A stretch of DNA of 32,000 nucleotides, from contig NC_004459.3 of assembly GCF_000039765.1 (NCBI RefSeq), positions 180,001 through 212,000 on the forward strand. The letters run 5' to 3'. Origin of the DNA: Vibrio vulnificus CMCP6 (GTDB taxonomy: Bacteria; Pseudomonadota; Gammaproteobacteria; Enterobacterales; Vibrionaceae). The notes beneath the pieces are model-generated. The model was not told where the DNA came from. It saw nothing but the letters and a program-made list of their open reading frames with translations, and ran no database searches. Below, piece by piece: positions 31,646 through 32,000 of this stretch. Within the stretch, counting starts at the first letter, position 1; each line of letters opens with the position of its first letter. A program made the position numbers and the translations under genes.

Positions 31646-32000
31646 TTACATGTTGTCGATACGTTGCTGCACTTTGAGCACTTTGTCGGCGTATTCAGGA
31701 TCCGTCGCATAACCTGCACGATGAATACCGCGAATAAAGCTTTCAGAATCGCCATTGTGCTGAAGTGCGGTCTGATAACGCGGATTGTTATTTAAAAACG
31801 CTACGTAATCATTAAAGCTGTCGGCAAACGAATCGTATGAACGAAACGCTGCCGTTTCCTTCACTGGCGTATTGTCGTGGAACTCTAAAGTTTGCGTAGT
31901 AACTTTGTCACCCGCCCAACTGCGATCCGCTTTGATGTTGAAGAGGTTATTGCTGCTGCCACGAGCATTTTTCACCACTTTCTGCCCCCAGCCTGTTTCC
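31646..32000 (-). CDS. flgJ: FlgJ peptidoglycan hydrolase, C-terminal part, 5' truncated by window edge
   Basis: ETGWGQKVVKNARGSSNNLFNIKADRSWAGDKVTTQTLEFHDNTPVKETAAFRSYDSFADSFNDYVAFLNNNPRYQTAL; the frame is open past the ORF-track start to the window end. Confidence 0.95.
   Translation of the reverse strand, partial: ETGWGQKVVKNARGSSNNLFNIKADRSWAGDKVTTQTLEFHDNTPVKETAAFRSYDSFADSFNDYVAFLNNNPRYQTALQHNGDSESFIRGIHRAGYATDPEYADKVLKVQQRIDNM

Overview
This window looks like core-genome Vibrio sequence. ToxR/ToxS and the flagellin cluster suggest the V. vulnificus/V. parahaemolyticus group, but species was not verified. Gene order: partial adk(-), htpG(-), toxR-toxS(+), a TauE/SafE exporter plus a SelT/W/H-like Cys protein(+), yfcE(-), a tightly overlapping four-gene cluster(-) of two DUF1538-type membrane proteins, a P-II-like protein and a CBS-pair protein, a TIGR01777 epimerase and an SDR(+), ybbN/cnoX, qmcA and nfeD(+), a DUF2799-like lipoprotein(-), a ChiP/OprD-like porin(-), ligA-zipA(-), cysZ, cysK (apparent 1-nt frameshift), ptsH, ptsI and crr(+), then three tandem flagellins, flgL, flgK and partial flgJ(-). 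I see no CRISPR, prophage, transposon, tRNA or rRNA. The observations most worth follow-up are the DUF1538/P-II/CBS operon of unknown function, the near-N-terminal cysK frameshift, a 55-nt near-perfect hairpin upstream of adk, a possible terminator-ended small or 3'UTR RNA upstream of ybbN, and several promoter or operator candidates (sigma32 for htpG, sigma54 for flgKL, sigma28 for flaD, a palindrome upstream of the porin). No convincing new defence-type or mobile system was found.
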